A DNA stretch of 64,000 bases from an uncultured delta proteobacterium (GTDB lineage: Bacteria; Myxococcota; Myxococcia; Myxococcales; Anaeromyxobacteraceae): the NCBI GenBank assembly GCA_963845515.1, contig CAWJSR010000029.1, forward strand, positions 1 through 64,000, read 5' to 3'. Shown here in pieces: positions 61,693 to 64,000 of this stretch; position 1 is the first letter of the stretch, and every line of letters begins with the position of its first letter. Below the pieces are notes generated by a model. That model saw nothing but the letters and a program-made list of their open reading frames with translations, made no database searches and was not told the DNA's origin. The translations under genes were made by a program, and so were the position numbers.

Positions 61693-61772
61693 GCCGCACC
61701 CGGCGCGCGCCGCTCGGCGCTCACCCCGAGAGCTTCCGCGACCTCTACCGGAGGACGCATGGCCGCCCGTGA
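61689..61772 (+). pseudogene. lutB: Putative internally deleted lutB remnant (27 aa)
   Basis: MSRTRRAPLGAHPESFRDLYRRTHGRP*. It occupies the lutB slot and overlaps both the lutA stop and the lutC start. Confidence 0.6.
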
Positions 61773-62352
61773 GGCGATCCTGGCGGCGCTCCGCCGCGCC
61801 GCCCGCCAGCCCGTTCCGCACCCCACGCTCGAGGGCGTGGGCGCGCGCTACCCGGATCTAGCCGGCCGCTTCGCCGAGGCGGTCGCCGCCGTGGCGGGGA
61901 GCTGCGTCCGCGTCCCGGACCTGGCGGCCGCCGCGGCGGCGCTCGACGCCCTGCCCCTGCGTCGCGACGCCAAGCGGGTCGTCTCCCTCGTCCCCGGCCT
62001 CGGCGCGCCCACCGAGGACGCGGCGACGGCGAGCGACCCCCACGCGCTCGAGGGGCTCGACCTGGCCATCCTCCCCGGGACGCTGGGCGTGGCCGAGAAC
62101 GGCGCGATCTGGGTCGAGGGGAGCGCCCTGCCCCACCGGGCGCTGGTGGTCGTCCCGGAGCACCTGGCCGTGGTCCTGTCCGCCGCCGACCTGGTGGCCG
62201 ACTTCCACGACGCCTACGCGCGGATCGACCTGGCCGGCAAGCCGCGCTTCGGCCTCTTCCTGGCCGGTCCCTCCAAGACCGCCGACATCGAGCAGGCGCT
62301 GGTGATCGGCGCCCACGGGGCGCGCAGCCTCACGGTCCTGCTCGTCGGCTAG
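61759..62352 (+). CDS. lutC: LutC/YkgG LUD-domain protein
   Basis: AREAILAAL, GVAENGAIW, GPSKTADIEQALVIGAHG. Confidence 0.93.
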   Translation: MAAREAILAALRRAARQPVPHPTLEGVGARYPDLAGRFAEAVAAVAGSCVRVPDLAAAAAALDALPLRRDAKRVVSLVPGLGAPTEDAATASDPHALEGLDLAILPGTLGVAENGAIWVEGSALPHRALVVVPEHLAVVLSAADLVADFHDAYARIDLAGKPRFGLFLAGPSKTADIEQALVIGAHGARSLTVLLVG

Positions 62353-62368
62353 CGGGCGCGCCGCTCCC

Positions 62369-63145
62369 CTACCCCAGCCGGAAGAGCCGCCTCACGTTCG
62401 CGGTGGTGACGCGAGCGACCTCCTCCGGCGTCGTCCCCCAGACCTCGGCCACCTTCGCGGCGACGTGCGCGACGTACGCCGGCTCGTTGCGCTTGCCGCG
62501 GAAGGGGATCGGCGCGAGGAACGGGCTGTCCGTCTCGACGAGGAGCCGCTCGCGCGGCGTGATCCTCACCGCGTCGCGGATCGGCTCGCCCGTCTTGAAG
62601 GTCGCTATACCGGAGACGGAGATGTACAGCCCGAGATCCAGGTAGGTGCGGGCCGCGGCCGCGTCGCCGGTGAAGCAGTGGACCACCCCGCCCTCCGCCG
62701 GGATCCCCTCCTCGCGCAGGCAGCGCAGGCACGGCTCGTCCGCCTCGCGGATGTGGATCACGATCGGCTTGCCGACCTCGCGCGCGAGCCGGAGCGACCG
62801 CCGGAAGGCAGCCTCCTGCACCGGGCGCGGCGAGCGGTCGTAGTGGAAGTCGAGCCCCATCTCGCCGATCGCGACGACGTGCGGGTCGCGCGCGAGCCGG
62901 CCGAACGCTTCCCAGTCCCCCTCCGGCACCTGCGCCGCCTCGTGCGGGTGGATCCCCACGGTCGCGGAGAAGAAGGAGGGATCGCGCGCGGCAAGCTCCA
63001 GCGCGTTGCCGAAGTCCCCCGGCCGGCGCCAGAGCCCGACGCAGACGATCCGCTCGAGCCCCGCGGCCTTCGCGCGGGCGACGACGCCGTCGAGGTCGTC
63101 GGTGAAGTCTTCGAAGTCGAGGTGTGCGTGGGAGTCGATCAGCAT
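62369..63145 (-). CDS. tatD: TatD family hydrolase
   Basis: MLIDSHAHLD, GIHPH, AIGEMGLDF, IHIRE, HCF, ETDSPFLAP...RGKRNEP. Confidence 0.97.
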   Translation of the reverse strand: MLIDSHAHLDFEDFTDDLDGVVARAKAAGLERIVCVGLWRRPGDFGNALELAARDPSFFSATVGIHPHEAAQVPEGDWEAFGRLARDPHVVAIGEMGLDFHYDRSPRPVQEAAFRRSLRLAREVGKPIVIHIREADEPCLRCLREEGIPAEGGVVHCFTGDAAAARTYLDLGLYISVSGIATFKTGEPIRDAVRITPRERLLVETDSPFLAPIPFRGKRNEPAYVAHVAAKVAEVWGTTPEEVARVTTANVRRLFRLG

Positions 63146-63156
63146 CGGTGCCGACT

Positions 63157-63939
63157 CTACCGGAATCGGTAAGCCCCGTCGGTCCCAGCGTCGGCGCGCG
63201 GCGGGAGCCGGTCGCGCTCGAACCTGTCGTAGCCCTCCTTCAGGTTCCGCCAGAAGCCGAGCAAGGCGGCCGAGCCCGCGTACTCGCGCTCCAGCGCCGC
63301 CATGCCGGAGGCGGTGAGCCGCGCGGGGAAGACGTGGACGGGGATCAGCGCCTGGCCGCCGCTCCGCGCCAGGACGGCGGCGACGTAGAGCTCCTCGATC
63401 CGCTCGTCGGTGATGGGGATGCAGCCGATGGTGACGCAGTCGCCGTGGATGTAGATGGCGCCCCCCGGCTGGCGCTCGCCGCGCCGCCGATCGACGGTGT
63501 TCGGGTAGTCGATGCCGAGCGAGAGGTGATAGTTGCTCGCCGGGTTGAAGTGGTTCAGCCGGTAGAAGCCCTCCGGAACCTGCCCGTCCCCCTCGCGTCG
63601 CTTGGGCCCGAGGCGGCCCGACGCCGCGCAGATGGGGTAGCTCTCGATCAGCGCATGCCGCCCGCCGGCCGTCGCGGCCCAGAGCTCCAGCACCCCCTCG
63701 CGCTTGAAGGCGCGCAGGTAGATGGCGGACGGAGGGAACGGAGCCCCCGCGGCGGCGAAGCGCCGTCGCAGCACCCCTTCCCCCGCCGCGAAGGCTGCGC
63801 GGACGCGGGGGATCGAGCGCTGCTCGGCCTCGAAGGAGCGCGCCTCGGCGCGGACGGCCAGGAGGCCGAGCGCCAGCAGCAGCGCTGGTGTGAGCGTTCG
63901 CACCGGTGCAGTAGACGCCGCCGGCCCGACGGGATCCAT
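63157..63939 (-). CDS. L,D-transpeptidase family protein (YafK/DpaA-like)
   Basis: RAFKREGVLELW, GPKRREGDGQVPEGFY, IYIHGDCVTIGC. The start may instead be the GTG at 63903. Confidence 0.92.
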   Translation of the reverse strand: MDPVGPAASTAPVRTLTPALLLALGLLAVRAEARSFEAEQRSIPRVRAAFAAGEGVLRRRFAAAGAPFPPSAIYLRAFKREGVLELWAATAGGRHALIESYPICAASGRLGPKRREGDGQVPEGFYRLNHFNPASNYHLSLGIDYPNTVDRRRGERQPGGAIYIHGDCVTIGCIPITDERIEELYVAAVLARSGGQALIPVHVFPARLTASGMAALEREYAGSAALLGFWRNLKEGYDRFERDRLPPRADAGTDGAYRFR

Positions 63940-64000
63940 TTCCAGGCCGAGCGGGCCGCTGGTTGCTCACCGCCGCGCCGCCCCCTCCGTCTCGGCCAGC

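Overview
High-GC window with myxobacterial (Anaeromyxobacter-like) gene content. This taxonomy is inferred from the DUF2378 genes, alternative complex III (ACIII) and the MetX-Hom fusion. Positions 1-8.75 kb are an accessory island that is visibly more AT-rich. It holds an IS10-like IS4 element, a truncated secreted CARDB-repeat gene, and a Rhs polymorphic toxin with a signal peptide and a Cys-rich N-terminus. The Rhs gene can be rebuilt to about 1597 aa by removing three lesions: a 1-nt frameshift, an IS3 insertion with a 3-bp target duplication, and a 10-bp tandem duplication exactly on the DxxGL cleavage motif. Its hidden C-terminal domain carries a secreted-phospholipase-A2 (sPLA2) signature and is followed by a coupled small membrane immunity candidate. 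The rest is mostly core genome: an ACIII operon plus a second cytochrome c/Fe-S/NrfD module, pyk, a RAYT transposase flanked by inverted and tandem repeats, peptidases, metX-hom/map, a chemotaxis cluster, moeA/mobB, FNR-like and sigma54 regulators, sthA, pncA, yhaM-like, glgA/GH57/DUF4912, lutA-lutC with lutB reduced to a 27-codon remnant, tatD and an L,D-transpeptidase. Many single-base frameshifts in housekeeping genes suggest consensus sequencing errors, so 1-nt lesions are treated cautiously. All family assignments come from motif recognition by eye; no database searches were run.
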